Assembly (NCBI RefSeq): GCF_964355755.1
Contig: NC_092672.1
Location: 23,635,237 to 23,699,236, forward strand
Source: Antedon mediterranea
Taxonomy: Eukaryota > Animalia > Echinodermata
Length of the DNA stretch: 64,000 bases
Direction: 5' to 3'
Below, piece by piece: positions 1 through 14,200 of the stretch. Under the pieces are notes generated by a model that saw only the letters and a program-made list of their open reading frames with translations, did no database searches and was not told the DNA's origin. Made by a program: the position numbers and the translations under genes. How positions within the stretch are numbered: position 1 is the stretch's first letter; every line of letters begins with the position of its first letter.

Positions 1-1296
1 TATCTGAGATGTACCGCGAAACGTAGATTTGATAACATTAGTGTTCACAGAGACGCTATTGTTCCATATTTCTATCTTAGGAAGATGTTATAAAGAGTTT
101 TTTAACACAATTTATGATTTCAACATTAGATTTTCATCTCAATTTCAATTCTTCCCGGTCAAAGTAATTTCCGGGTTTAAGATAAGTTCACCTTGCAACA
201 ACCTGGTTTCAAATATGTTCTCTCTTTTATACACAAGGGAGCAGTTAAAATAATAGATTTGACCCTAAAGGTGACTGGAAACAGGCACTTTCCATCAATC
301 AATACAGTGTCCCTTTGGAAGACGAAAAAAAATCAGATATAGTAGGACTGGAGCTTAAGTTGGACATTAATCATAGCCATTTCAGTTTTTTGTTTATTTT
401 AAAACATACCGCGCGTGTGTGAAGGTACAGTAGTTAAATAATAGGAATTATACTGCAAATTAATAAAGATCAAATTAAATATACGCCATAAAGAATCAGA
501 ATATATTGTGGGGAATAGTATTATAAAATTACATAGGGAGATTTGATGATAAGACATTTTTCGAGTGAAATCCCGATAGCTGAGTTTTATTGAGTAAGCT
601 TGCAGGAATAACTGTAGGCTATCTTTGTCCCGTTAGGACCGAGATGTCTGCCCATGTTGCAAGCCGTACCATAATGTCTTCTTTCTTGGGCCCACTCTGT
701 CACGGCAGTTAGTTTCAAAAGATGATTAAATTAAATAATGTATTAATAATTATTAGGATGGTATTCATTTGAATAAACGCCTCTCCAATAAAACATCACT
801 TTGAATAATAAACCCCCCCCCCCCCCAACCCAACTATCTAATAAACGTCCATCCACATATTTATAACAACACAATTACACGGTACTATTTGTAGTAGAAT
901 TCACCGCACTGTTATCTACAATTTACCAAGCATTTCTTATTCTTTTTTAGAACTTTTCATATCTATTAGAGGATTTCATTTGATTATAAATGTTACCATA
1001 TTATTAAAACTACAAAATTTAACATATATCCCTCGAATAAGCACCTCCCTCAAATGACCTCCGCCTCCCCAAAGGGACCTACCAAACAATAAAAACTGTA
1101 CTTTAAAATGTTATTAATCATCTAAAACACTGTGAAACAAAGTAGTTTAGTTTTACGAATGTCAAGCATTTTCAATAATGGTAACCGACAGGAAACGTAT
1201 AAGGAGAACATTATCATTCCGAAAACCATCGTCTACACTTCCTAGAGGGGGAGCGAGCTCACCCTCTAGTGATCATAATTACTGTTTATATTTTAT

Positions 1297-1760
1297 GTGG
1301 TGTAGTAGGTACAGGGGTAGTCCTACTGTATGCTACAGCAGTATGATCATAATCACTATAGGGCTGGAAGTCATTCAAATATATAGGGTTGTAATTGTAT
1401 TAAACTACTGTGGAGTAGGGAATAGGGCAAAACATCTGACCAATTACTCAACTCCCTGACGCAAAGCTACTCCACAGTAGTTTAATACAATTACGCTGCG
1501 TACTTGGGCTCGAATCTAACCACTAGCCATCAGCGCAAGTGGTCAGAGGTATGAATGGCAGGCTAGTGATCTGGAGGTCGTGGGTTCGTCTCCCACCCAA
1601 GAACTTTTTTCGCAAGTATTCTCAAATGTACTTAGTATGAAGTACAAATGACGTCAGAGTAGGGCAAAACATCTGGACAATCATTCAAATATACCAAATT
1701 CTATATTGTGTGGTGTCTGGTACAGGGGTATGGCTACATCAGTATGGTCATACTCGCTTA
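1297..1760 (+). mobile_element. tRNA-containing repeat with a perfect 28-bp inverted repeat and scrambled direct repeats
   Basis: IR 1391-1418/1467-1494; tRNA-like about 1532-1603 with T-arm GTGGG-TTCGTCT-CCCAC followed by a T-run. Confidence 0.55.
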
Positions 1761-2146
1761 GTGCTTAGTATGTGACCTGATTTTAGTGAAGGTGACAAAG
1801 TCACATTCCTCAAATATGTATCATGTTCAAAGAGACTTTAATACCATATAACCATAACATCTTTATTATTTTGTCTGTTTTTGTTATTGCATGCATCCAT
1901 ACATATGGGGAATAGAAAGTGACCGCAATTAGGGCGAGGCGCCTCGGGGTAATGAGGTATCAAACTGACTGATTGTACTGTGAAGTTTTAAACTATAATT
2001 GTAACAGTTATTCTGTACTTACTAGTATAAGATATGTTTTTATTCAACTGTGATATTTTATGTAAAGGTTGTCATTTTGTTTTTTGTTTTATTATTAACA
2101 AAAAGGTGCATTTCTCTAACATATTTATTTTTAAAATGTTAAATAG

Positions 2147-2245
2147 AATGCCGAAACAGCATTGCATTGGGGTGCAGCAAATGGTCATGTTGATGTCTGC
2201 CAAATGTTGGTAGACATGGCAGCAGCAGTGAACAAACAAAATAAT
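2147..2245 (+). CDS. Ankyrin-repeat exon (99 nt, phase 0-0), donor reads TTAAGT
   Basis: NAETALHWGAANGHVDVCQMLVDMAAAVNKQNN is exactly one 33-aa ANK repeat after a TAG acceptor. Confidence 0.8.
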
Positions 2246-5200
2246 TTAAGTCATAAATTAATGTTTGTATTGAGAACCATTCAGGATCAGAATCCTAAAT
2301 TTTATTCTTCATTTTAGTTTAAAATGCTTGTTCCTCAAACAGAAGCACAAAATGTAGCCTAAGAATGTAATTATTTTATTATGGTATAGAAGCTACTTGT
2401 TAATACCTTCATATTTTTTTCTTATTTGAAATTTTTATTAAATTGTCTAATTATTCTAAATCTTGAATTTAACATATTTATACCATCAAGATAGTGCAGA
2501 CAAGTCAACATTAACAACAACAAAATAAACAAGTTTAAAATGCTATTTTTTGGGCTATTAAAAAGCTGCAGTTAATCTAGCAATCATTTGGTGGATTACT
2601 GTAATTTAGTTATTAATTCTCTATTAAATAAATGTCATGAAAACTATAGCGCTTAGATTGCTTAGTGCTTGAAGTTGCTTGTTGGTATGACAACTACAAC
2701 TAATGCAGATCCTGCATTATATCTGTCTCAGAATATCCTTGTTTAATCAATCTTTTTAAAACTTTTTTAATCATTACATTAGTAATGCTAATTTTAATAC
2801 ACGATTATAATATTATTGAATGCATTTCATGCATTTCTCATTTGTTTCATGCTGCACAATTTTGATGTGTCAGGCATGTTTCTGATGGTAATGGTATCTT
2901 GGACCTTGTGTGAATGGATAAAAGGCAAACAACTTTGGAGAATACATTTTTGTTATACTGATGTTGTCACAAAAGTTTGTAGTTTTTCTGATTTCAGGAT
3001 ATGTTATTTGTAAAGTAATGGCAAAAAATTTAAACTGAATCAAATATTAAACTTCTTCTTCTACTAAAATGTAGAGTAGACATTACTCTATACAGTACAT
3101 TGATATAAAGAATTAAATGTTTGAACAAGAAAAACTGTACTTATAGCTATTTTTTATCATACCCTACCTAAAATTGTTTAATAATCTGGAGCTCAGTGTT
3201 TTGTTAACTTGTGTTCGTACATATTCATAGCTATAAACATGTGCATAACGATGCTTAAATTAAACAGAGTTATAGGCCTACCTATCATATAGTATACTAG
3301 CAATTATACCCGCCCCAGGGCGGGTTTCAAAATTAGTTTACAGCCTTCTCAGTACATAACACCCGACGCCATGAGTATCTGTCTATACTCGCCAACCTCC
3401 ACCCCTCTTCAATAACACCCCATACTCTTTCTTAAAAACAAATTCTTCCCAGTGATGGACAAATTCAATTCAACCTAAGCTTCGAATTGAGAGGAGTATG
3501 CATAGCTACGATGGGTCTAATAATGGTTAAATGGTACGTTGTAAATTGTGTAAATGAATAGGTGTCATATTGGCTGATAATTAAAATATGTAATTTAGAT
3601 ACTTTTTTAAAATGTAGTTTAAAACCTTCCGGGTACAATTGCCATCATTTTGATACCCCATACGTATGGTTACGTGCAGAAACAGAAATTTTTATAACGA
3701 ACAAACATCGAAAGTGGGGGGGTTTGACCACATTTTGGTCCCTAACTTGGATCCTAGGTGGCGGATGATGTTGAAATATAGCTTAGAACATTCCCGGTAC
3801 AATTGCTGTCATTTTGATACCCATGTAAGATTATGTGCAGTAACAAAATTTTGTATAACGAACAAACAAACAAACAGACAGACAAACAGACAAACTCTCT
3901 CACTTATAATATAGATATATATATGAGAATTTTATATAAATCATTCTGTAAATTATAGAAACAGTGCTCATATTCGGAACATGGTCTCATAATCGCGTTG
4001 AGCATAGCTCATTGGCGAAAGTTCCATACTTTTTAGTTGTATGAAATAATGTCTCTGGCGGAATTTGAACATGCAACCTCTCGCTTACAGGGCGAGTATC
4101 ATACCACTAGACCACAGAGCCATATATGGTATTTTCACAGATTTTCACCCACCAGATACATTCTCTCATACAACAAATGATATGGACATGTTCATTATTT
4201 ATATATGTATTGTCCCCCTGAACAATTTATTTTTACATTTATTTGTTGATTATGCCATTTTAATATCATATAATAGTTATCCACTTTGACCAAAACTTGG
4301 ATTGGAAAAAAAATTATTTACCTGAAAAAACTGTAATTTAAAGCAAACAAGTCAAATTGCCTGCCATACCAATGGATTTTTGGTTTGGTGTCATTTTAGT
4401 GAAAACATGATTTTTTCTTCTTTTTTTCTACGCAATTGATTAACTTGATTAAAACTACAAATAAAACCTATGAAAGTCTGATTTTATTAATATTCATTTT
4501 TCATGTTTTTGGGGGACAATACATCTTTAAAAAAACATAACATAATGTCCTTGTTCTACATGGAACCCCCGCAGTTTAAACGCGGACAAAACCACAGAAG
4601 AATAGCTTCTCAATTTGTTGAGCTATATTTGCTCACTTTATTTCTATCCATCCGTTCATCCGGTAAACTAAAATAAAAACAAACAGAGAAACAATTGACA
4701 CGGCGCCATGAAGCACGTCTCTAACGTATACTACGGCTTATCATACATAATTCGTCGTTAACATGGGCATACTATCATCATTATGTCTATCAAACCTAAC
4801 TAATTCATAAGTAAATAATAATATATAAGATTGTCTCCACACGGAGCATTAAAGGTGTACAACAATAATTAATACAACGTATCGCCTATTGTGCACAGCT
4901 CTCATACCATGAACCGTGACTAGCCTAATTTACATATCAAGGTATCAAGGTGCGATGTACATACATAACATGACTCCCTGCAAAGATAAATTATGAAACT
5001 GACAGTATCATCACTTTTGCTTTGCATACACAACAATAGTGGCTCCTTGACGGGGAATTGATTACAATAATACTATAACTAACTACTGACATTCAATGAT
5101 TGAAGTGTCTCCTTCATCTAATGTTCAAGCAGTATTGTTATAATTTTTTTATTATTGAGAATTGTCCTATAATTTCACACATAAATTAATTATTCCCTCA

Positions 5201-8200
5201 GATTTGGAATCAAAATAAAATGTACATTGACTTAGTAATGTATTTAATAATTGCCCTGATTCAATACACAACTATTAATTTAGATTGTATACTGACTTTT
5301 TCTTTTATCCAAATGTACATATGAAAAACATAAGCACTCATTTTGAGGACTTGTGATGAGTTGAAAAACAAATAACAATATTATCAAGTTAAAGTTCAAT
5401 ACAATTTTTAGTCGCGTGGACGCGACTCTATAGTTCACTATGTCGGTTGGTCGGTCTGTCGGTCTGTCTGTCGGTCCGTCAGTCCAGTATCACTATGCGT
5501 TTTAGCACGCGACTTATGGCTGTTGGCCTTGTTTTCGTAATAGTCAAATGAATACAAAACAGAAAATATATGTAAGTTACACAATTTGTTTAAAAAGTAG
5601 CATGAAAACATATAAAATAAAATACATGATTAAAGGTAATGACCATTACAGGAACCAGAACTTAAAATAAATTAATAAAATCAACAGAAATATAGAAAAT
5701 AGCATATTATTTTCATCAGAAAATTTATTATATAAAAGTTTTTCTAATTAGAAACAATGGTTAAATCAAGACTATTCCACTTATATTTGAGGTAAAACAT
5801 AATTTTTTGTTTAAAATAATTGCCAAACTCTGCAATCCTCCAAAAAACATAGCAAACCTCATTTAAACAACAAAAAAGTGATTGAATAAGTTGTGTACAA
5901 CTTACTTGGTTTGTCAATTAAAATGTAAATATATTTTTGTTAAATACTTAAATTTGTGGTTAAGCATCATTTTTGGGTTTAAAAAATAATTTCTAAACCT
6001 TCACTCTCGAATTAGAGGGGGCGTAATCACCAGCCCAAACAATGTTACAGTACTGTATAAGTAAAACATTTTATTTTAATTTCTTTAGAATACTAATATA
6101 TTTAGATATTTTATTTGATAAAAATTGTTGGCAGCCAATAATCCAATTAAAAGACCAAGGAATGCTTCACTTATTAATTTTCCATTACAAAAATATAACA
6201 ATTGTTGTGTGTAAGTTTATATCTAATACAATTTGTTTTAGCCGTATTAATTAATAATTGGTTTGTAGTGAACCATTCACTAGCTTACTTAACTCTAAAT
6301 TTAAAAATTTTAACAATACATCAATGTTGATATAAAGTTGTATATAGCGAAACAACTTGAAAATATCATGGATAACAACTTCAAAAGTTTTTTGATAAAT
6401 CTAGAAAAGTACTTAATAAAATTAATTGTTTTTAAATGCAGTATCAACAGAATTAGAGAGTTTAGGAAAGGCATGACAAGTGGTATGGTATGCATACATA
6501 TTTCAATATTTTTTTTTAAATGGTTAAAATTAAGATTGGTAAATATTAATATATAAGTACTGTATATCCGTTTTGAAATACAAGATTAACTTAAAATTGT
6601 AATATGATTAGGTAAATAACCCATCATGAATGATTAATTGATGGCGTATGTGAGATGGCTTATAATTAATGAGCAACCTTTTTAAGAATCATGCTCTAAA
6701 CCTTTACTAGAATTCAAATTACTAATTATATTAAGCACTTCTGTTTCAGATATAAATGAGAGGCTTTATGGGAGGTAGTAATTAAGAGATTAGGTCTTTG
6801 GTATTTTTAGGTTATAATTACAGAGTTTTACACATTTTTGAAAAATAATTTAATTACATTCTGGCTAATTAGGTTTGTATCATAAAAATATTCATCAATC
6901 AGTTTTTAACATGAGGTGTATTTCTACTTTCTTTACCGGGATTAATTACAGAATGTATTACTTCTCATTTGTTATGTTACATTTAATCTGATTGAATTTA
7001 GTTTTGTAGCATTTTTTTCTTTGAAATTTCACAGAGTGCAGTAATATTGTTGCTATACTGTTTATATCTTGAGATATTTGAACATTTATGAATTTGTTAA
7101 AGTTTATGCTTATGTTTACTAACTTTGTTTAGATGGTGTAGATAGAGTGGTGTCATCCATAGTTGTTTTAGTGTTTGGGTTTTTTTTCTTGAACTGCAAA
7201 AAGTATATAAAAAAATGTATCCAACATTAGAATTAACTGTATAGTTTAGACGAATCAGTTTGAGAAAGATCAAAGCAAAATGCCCCTATATCTCTATATG
7301 TGCGAAAAGGGTAAAAACCTCTTAATGCAGGCTACCGTTAGACCACCTCTGGGCCTAGTAAAATTGCAGTAATATTTCCGTCACGGTCGTACTGTAAGCC
7401 TGATCTGTGTGAAGAGTCCACGATATAAGGCCTGCTTACGCAGCGAAGCATTGATAAATTTGGGACATTTTACTTGATTGAGAAAGACTGTGGCAATTAT
7501 TTTAGGCCAAATTATTAGATTATATCAATATATATTTTTTTAGGTTAAATAATACAATGGAAGAATACGGGCAATAATAATAAAAATATAACAGATGTTG
7601 GTTCAAAGATTATTTAACTTGCTGTAACGTACGTAAGCCTAGGCCCTAGTTAGCATAGTTCTAGCTGGAATATCCTGTGGTGTGCGCGCCTGGTGCTAGC
7701 TCATAACAGCTTCTGATAATTAAATTCGCGTCTATTTGTAGGCCTAATAGATTTTGTTTCTGTATAATGGCCATCACGATCGGGCAGTTTTAGCACGGAG
7801 TGGTGTTGGGCATATTGCCGCAATTCTATGTGAAAAGGGCTTAATTCAGTCTGAATGGTCAGACGTCAACCATAATCAATTATTTTTTAAATAGGTAAAT
7901 GATCAGAGATGTCTGAATTGTACCGATACCCGATAAAATATCAAAATTGGTAGGCCTATTGTTTGTTTAAAAATAATCAATAAGTAATTCTGCATTAGTT
8001 TTTGTAATTCTCGTTGGTTTAGAAATCGTAGGGAAAAAAGTACAATAGTTGATAAGATGATATAAAACAATTATTAAATAGATTATGCTTATTAAATTTG
8101 ATTAAAACAATTTTAATTAAAATTAAAATTTATAATAACCGCAAAATGTTCTCTATGTTATTTAGATTTCAGTTGACTTGTAAATAAAGCCAATTATAGA

Positions 8201-11200
8201 ATTCTTTTTTGTTTAATGATTTATAAAAAGCCAATCTCATATAGTTCTTTTGTCAATAATAAATCTGGTTATATTTTGTAATAAAAAAAATCAATAATTG
8301 TGTTCTGAAATGTTCATAACAGTTTTATTAAATACATTATGCGTATGACAAAGGTGGTGATTTGTTTAGAATTTCTGAATCATAAACTATCAATTGTACA
8401 TTGTACCTACTTACTGTAAGTCATGACCAACATATGTTTAAAGATTACCATTTTTAATCATTTTCCTTCATTAAATGCTTTTTCTGGATGTCGGCAGCCG
8501 GCATAAAAGTGTGTTGCCTTCATAGCCTTAGCTTTTCGAATTACAATGGATCTCTGCGGCTGCGCCTATAAATGATAATGTGTCTTAGGCATACTGTAGA
8601 TCTTCACCTTGATTTTTCCAGTTCAGTGTGCATTTTTCAATCAAAATATTATTTAAGCCAAGATCAGTTTTAAATATGTCCTTTACAAGTTGCATTGGAT
8701 CTTTTCCTTGATGTCACCAAATCTTAGGCTGTAGCTTCTAGAATGCCTTTCAACTCGTAGCAATTCAGCTTCCATGTAGCTATTGTATCCTGATCCTGTT
8801 TAGATTTAATGTTTCACACATTCATGTCAAATTATCCGTTGTAGCTTTAAATTTATCCTTAAGTTTTACTTTGAAGTTCCATAACATTTCTGTTTAGCAA
8901 TGCTTGTTAGCCTTGCTTTAGTGATGCTCTTTCCTTGTCAATCCTAGTATTTATCAGCTGCTAAGCTACCCATTTCACCACTCAATGCATTCATTCAACA
9001 TTTTTTACTTGGGGTACCCGACTCTAGGACTCTCTCTTCTTTTCCATCTGTACACTACAGAGCCAACTTTCAAGTCCTACTAGTTCTTTACGCATTGTCT
9101 GCCAGCTCTGAAACATTGCATGCATATACATGGGGAATAGGTGAACAAAGCTATAGAGAGAAAATGTTCATACTTCAATCGTCAATTATGACGTCACAAA
9201 CATGGTACCAATTGAAAAAAATGCGATTTATAAAGTACTACTCCTCCCTTATTCGTTGTAGTACTTCTGCTCCCGGAAATAGCAAAAAATAGCCGTATTT
9301 GGTAGCAAGGTTATTGATGTGTATGTGACGTTACATCCCGTCTTCTGACGTCATTACAGCTTCTTTTGCTGTACCCCGAGTATCGCACATTCGTGCTTGT
9401 TTATTCATAGCATGTTCAGTAGGCTCAGTTTTTTTACATATACTATGAATTTGTGTTTTTCTTGTATTCATAGTTCGAGATAAAGCACTAATAATGTGTT
9501 ATGAATACTCAGGCTTATATTCTTAGTAAAATGTAATTACTTTAGACTTGCAGAATTATCAACTGTTGGGAATTAAATATTATGCAGAGCAAGTATGTCT
9601 TCACTCAGAGATGTCCATAGCACTTTAATTTTACTGTGTAAATAAGAATTTGAGTTCTCTACACTAAAGGTTATTCACATGACAGTATGTAATAGTGATA
9701 TGTAAAAGAAATTTAATAATTAATCATAATCATCAGAAATAGAAAAATTTATTTAATTAATACAAATTGTTCAATACAATTTAAAATATTTAATATTACT
9801 AGAGTATTATCACAAATAGAAATCATTTCAATTTGTAGCATTCAAAATACAATAGGAAGGTTTGTTAATTTTATAATTGTATTACTCGATGGGTAGACAC
9901 CCCTAAAATTTAATTTTTTTTAACTCCATCTTTGGTATTCTTTGAAAATTACCTTTTTTTTCAATGAGCTTGCCTGAATCTTCGACTGTCCGGTGTTTTC
10001 GCTTCTCCTTCTCCTTTCTTTTTATTTGGATATAATATCATATTTTGTATCATCTTCTTCCCAACTTTGTTATTATTTTTTTCTGGGAGCCTAGGCGTAA
10101 AGTTTTTTAACTTATATAGGTTTCCTTCCACACTATGTTTTTTGTTGGTTATTATTACAAGTGTTTATATAATTATTATTTTATGTATTTTTAATATAAG
10201 TGTGGAGAACATTTATTGAATATTTATTTATTGAATATTGAACAAATCAAATCAAATAAAAAAAAATCATAATATAATAAAGTTGTGTATGTATGCTAAA
10301 AATGCCTTAGTAAACATGTTGTATATGAATACCATTGAGCTACTGGATTAAATTTTGGTTTATATCTAGTAGGAATACAATTAATGTGCATTACTAGAGT
10401 AAGCTAAGCTAGTGGCATGTTTTGAAATTAAAATGACCATTTTGATTAACTGACATTATATAAATGAAAGTTAAACTATTGTTTAATAGTGAGTATACGT
10501 GTACTCTTTAAATGTTATGATTTTCTAAAAACCAAATGATGGTTACCTCACTAATAGAGTTAGCCTAGGCTTCTAGGATTATAATAGGCCTACCTAGCAG
10601 ACAATATTTTTGTGAATAGAATAATTAAATAAATTACTTTTTGTCTTTTCCTATTTGGACATTTGAATCAATCAAATTGAAAAAATACATTTATAGTTGT
10701 GACTACATTAGGTGTTCTGTAAATCATATTTTTTTCTGTTACTTAGACATTTTTTCATTCTTACTTCTTAAAGTATGTCACTGTTAGTAAAAGAATTTTC
10801 ATGCAACATGGAAATATTGCTGTTTTAGGACATAGCATCATAACTCAGGTTTTCATAGCCATACAAGACTCTCCTAATTTTAACCAGGATTTGTATGGTT
10901 TCAGGCTTTTACAGTTTTTAATATTGTATTGGTGTTATGTGTGTCAGTTATTTCAAACCTAAACTTTTAACTGTTTAGGATTTTAATAAACTTCAACAGT
11001 GTATTTTCGTTTTTGAACATGTCGTCAAAAAACTCCCTTCTTATTTTTCTTAACCAAATTTCTTAAATTTTCTTAACAAACTCCGTAATCCACTTTTAAT
11101 ACTAGGGCCTCACACGCCCTTCATCTTCCTTTAACTAAACTTTCTTTAATTCAACACAATGTCTAATTAATAAGTGCCTCTAAATTATTGAATGCACTTC

Positions 11201-14200
11201 CTAATGATATCACATGTACCCCGATCTCAAGCAATTGTTTTCTGTATTTTCATCAAATTACTAGTATATTTTAAATGATTATTGTCAGTCGTTTTTCATC
11301 TCCTCTGTCCCATATGGCTAAAAAATTCCAATAATTTCTTTAAATTGTATTAATCTATTAATCAGTTTTCCTTGTTGTAATCTTTTGTGGTCATTTTTAG
11401 ATTTTATTTTGCATATGTTTTATGCACACATTATGTTTGTGAACAAGCTCCATTACAAAAATGATTTTATTATTATTATTATATTATTATAACTTATATT
11501 ATCAAGGTTCTTTTATTTTTTAATGAATCTCAAAAGTTTGAGATCTGTCAGTCTTTATAGTGTAAAGCTGGGGTTAAGACAGAGCTAAAATCCTCTGGAT
11601 AGGAAATAGGGTAGTATAAACTCTTGAGATGGTGAAAAATGTTTTGCAGAGCAAAGTTTTTAATGGAATTTTTATTTTATGACCCCCCCCCCCACACCCC
11701 CAACTAAAAAAGTTTTAGATTACATCGTTCCTCTTGAGTTTATTTTGTAGTATAAATGAAGCAGGGGCCTCCTGAGCTCAATTTGATTCTTTCAAAGTTA
11801 AAATAATATATATACCGTAGTTCCTCGGGTATAATCCCACCTCGAGTATAATCCCACCCCCGACTTTACGATTACCTTCGCACGCAAGCATATCCCCGGG
11901 CAAAGTCCCAGTGTATAATTTATCATTAGGAAAGAAGAGGTAGGCCTAGCTAGCTAGGCCGACGTCGATTTTTTTTTAAAGAAATTCTCACCAAAAATAG
12001 AGTAATTTCTCTGAATTCGGCTGACTTAAAACTCATCAAACATTGGCCATCGTAAAATTGAATACAACCTTAATATCATCGCCCCGATCTTCGCGTTCTG
12101 CACATCATGCATTCGCCGCACACTCGCTCGCCGTGTACATTCTGCATGCCTTGTTTACACTACTGCATGCTTGATTACCATAAAAAAAACACCGCCCGCT
12201 ATACCGACCGGAGCAGTACTGTAGTTCGTGTCACAACATTCAACAACATGCGATTTGCACAGCTCGAGCGTGGGGAATCGGGAGAGACGGAGAACTCGTA
12301 TGAGTTTTGTCGATATTATTTAGGAAGCCAGGCCCAGATCACATTTTAGGGTATTTTTTAAGTAGAAATCTGGGAGAAAATCTATACAGTAGGCATAGAC
12401 CAATTAGGCCGCCTAGGCCTACAGTATGTGAAAATTATTAAATTTGAGACCTCTAATCAGTCTCATACTTAGTAACTTTATTAAAACTAAAGACAAGGGT
12501 TGACATGATGATTTGTTTGTTGCTAGAGGATAACGGTATATTACTATCATCAGCAAGTTAAAAAAAAAATAATGTTCCTCAAATTTTCTAGACTATAAAA
12601 CATGTCCTACTATAACAATTTGTCATGATCCATTTTAAATTTGAGTGCTAAATAAAACTTGTCTGCTAAATCTAAAACTTAGTTTTCTTCATCTTTCTGA
12701 TTTGACAGTAAAACAAATGTAATGTCATTGCAAACCCTTGTTTATATCACCATGGTTAAGGACAGTTTTAAAGAAAACTGAATAGGCCAAATTTGTTTTG
12801 TTACGTTCCATGTCCAGGATTTGAAATTTTTATTTTTTATTTGAGAAATTACAGTTCAGTTGTGTTTACATACTGTACCTTAGAGTGCGTAATAAATGCT
12901 TTATTTTTATTTTTTTTTATTACCATTTAAATACACAATGTCTAATAGATTAAAAAGCCATCCATCTCAAAATTTGATTATAAAGGAAATGTGAAACTAA
13001 TTATTACATTTTGTTTTTATTTATTTTATCTTTCATATGTTATTACTCTATGATTTATATATACTACAGCTTGTGTATCTGTCAGTGTTCTTTCTTCTTT
13101 TTTTAATTAAAAAATGCCCTTTTGCAGCAATGTCAAATGATCAAAGCTAAACATAATTGTCAAAAATAATAATTATTCTTAATTACAAACTGTCTTATTT
13201 ACAAATGGGGGTCATCACTAAGTTTGTTTACACTTGATATACTTACTTTCTGCAATGTAAATTATAATATTTAAAGTACTATGTTATTTCAAAATTACAT
13301 GGAACAATGAAGTTATTGATTAATCATTAATACTCCTCACACTTTTTTAAAATTGTATTAATCAAATACTGTACTTTAATAATATTGATAATGTGCCAAA
13401 TTGTTAAGTTAAATTGAGATTTGCTATTCTCTTAAAAACAAAAAAACAATATATTCTTAGGCTAAATCATTCATAATTGATTTTAAATTGTATTTTTAAG
13501 TGTATATGGTCATTATTACAGTTATGATCATACTTCAGTTGAAAATAATTTCCATTAAACAATTCTATAAGAGAAGGAGCACAATACATGCAATGGCTTT
13601 CTTTAACTTACCAGTATTTTCAGTTAATTCATTGCAATTATTATACTACTATATAATTTGTATTCAAGCAAATTATGTAGTTAGACAGGGGTAATAATGT
13701 CAGCTGCATTACATCAAATCAAGACATTTTAATACAATCACACTGCTAGAAACAATGGTCAATCCAATTGTGGTCCCAATATGTCCTTCATAAAGAATGG
13801 AAAAATAATAATAATAATGGATAAATAAATGACAAATATTGTTTATTATTATTATAACTTTAAAATCATAGCACATGGGCAGTACTCACCAATTTGCATA
13901 TTTGTTGCTCATACCAAAATGTAAAACCACTAATGCTAGAGAATTTATTTGTTACAGACTTATGGCAAAATCAGCATTGTATTAAACTATCGCATGGAAG
14001 TTTTCAAATAATATATACTATGGCCCTGTTTCTTCTGCCAAGAATATACACACTGTATATTATTTTATATGGTATTTTTTGTGGCAGCAGAAATGGGTCT
14101 CATAAAAAATATACTGTATAAATATACCGTATAATCTTGATCATTATCGATATCGTTATCTCTGATATTTTATCATACTGTATATTTCTTGCACCTTTCT

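Noticed and set aside
637-707. Candidate upstream exon (AG at 635-636, ATG at 644, GTTAGT at 708)
   Set aside because: The ATG frame ends in phase 1, incompatible with the phase-0 ANK exon, and there is no recognisable domain. It cannot be excluded as a UTR exon.
4051-4121. Functional tRNA (TGT anticodon)
   Set aside because: The T-stem does not pair and it lies in a repeat context; treated as tRNA-derived.
8470-9080. Coding-like minus-strand stretch, possibly an old retroelement
   Set aside because: Stops in the frames I read and no motif I can assign.
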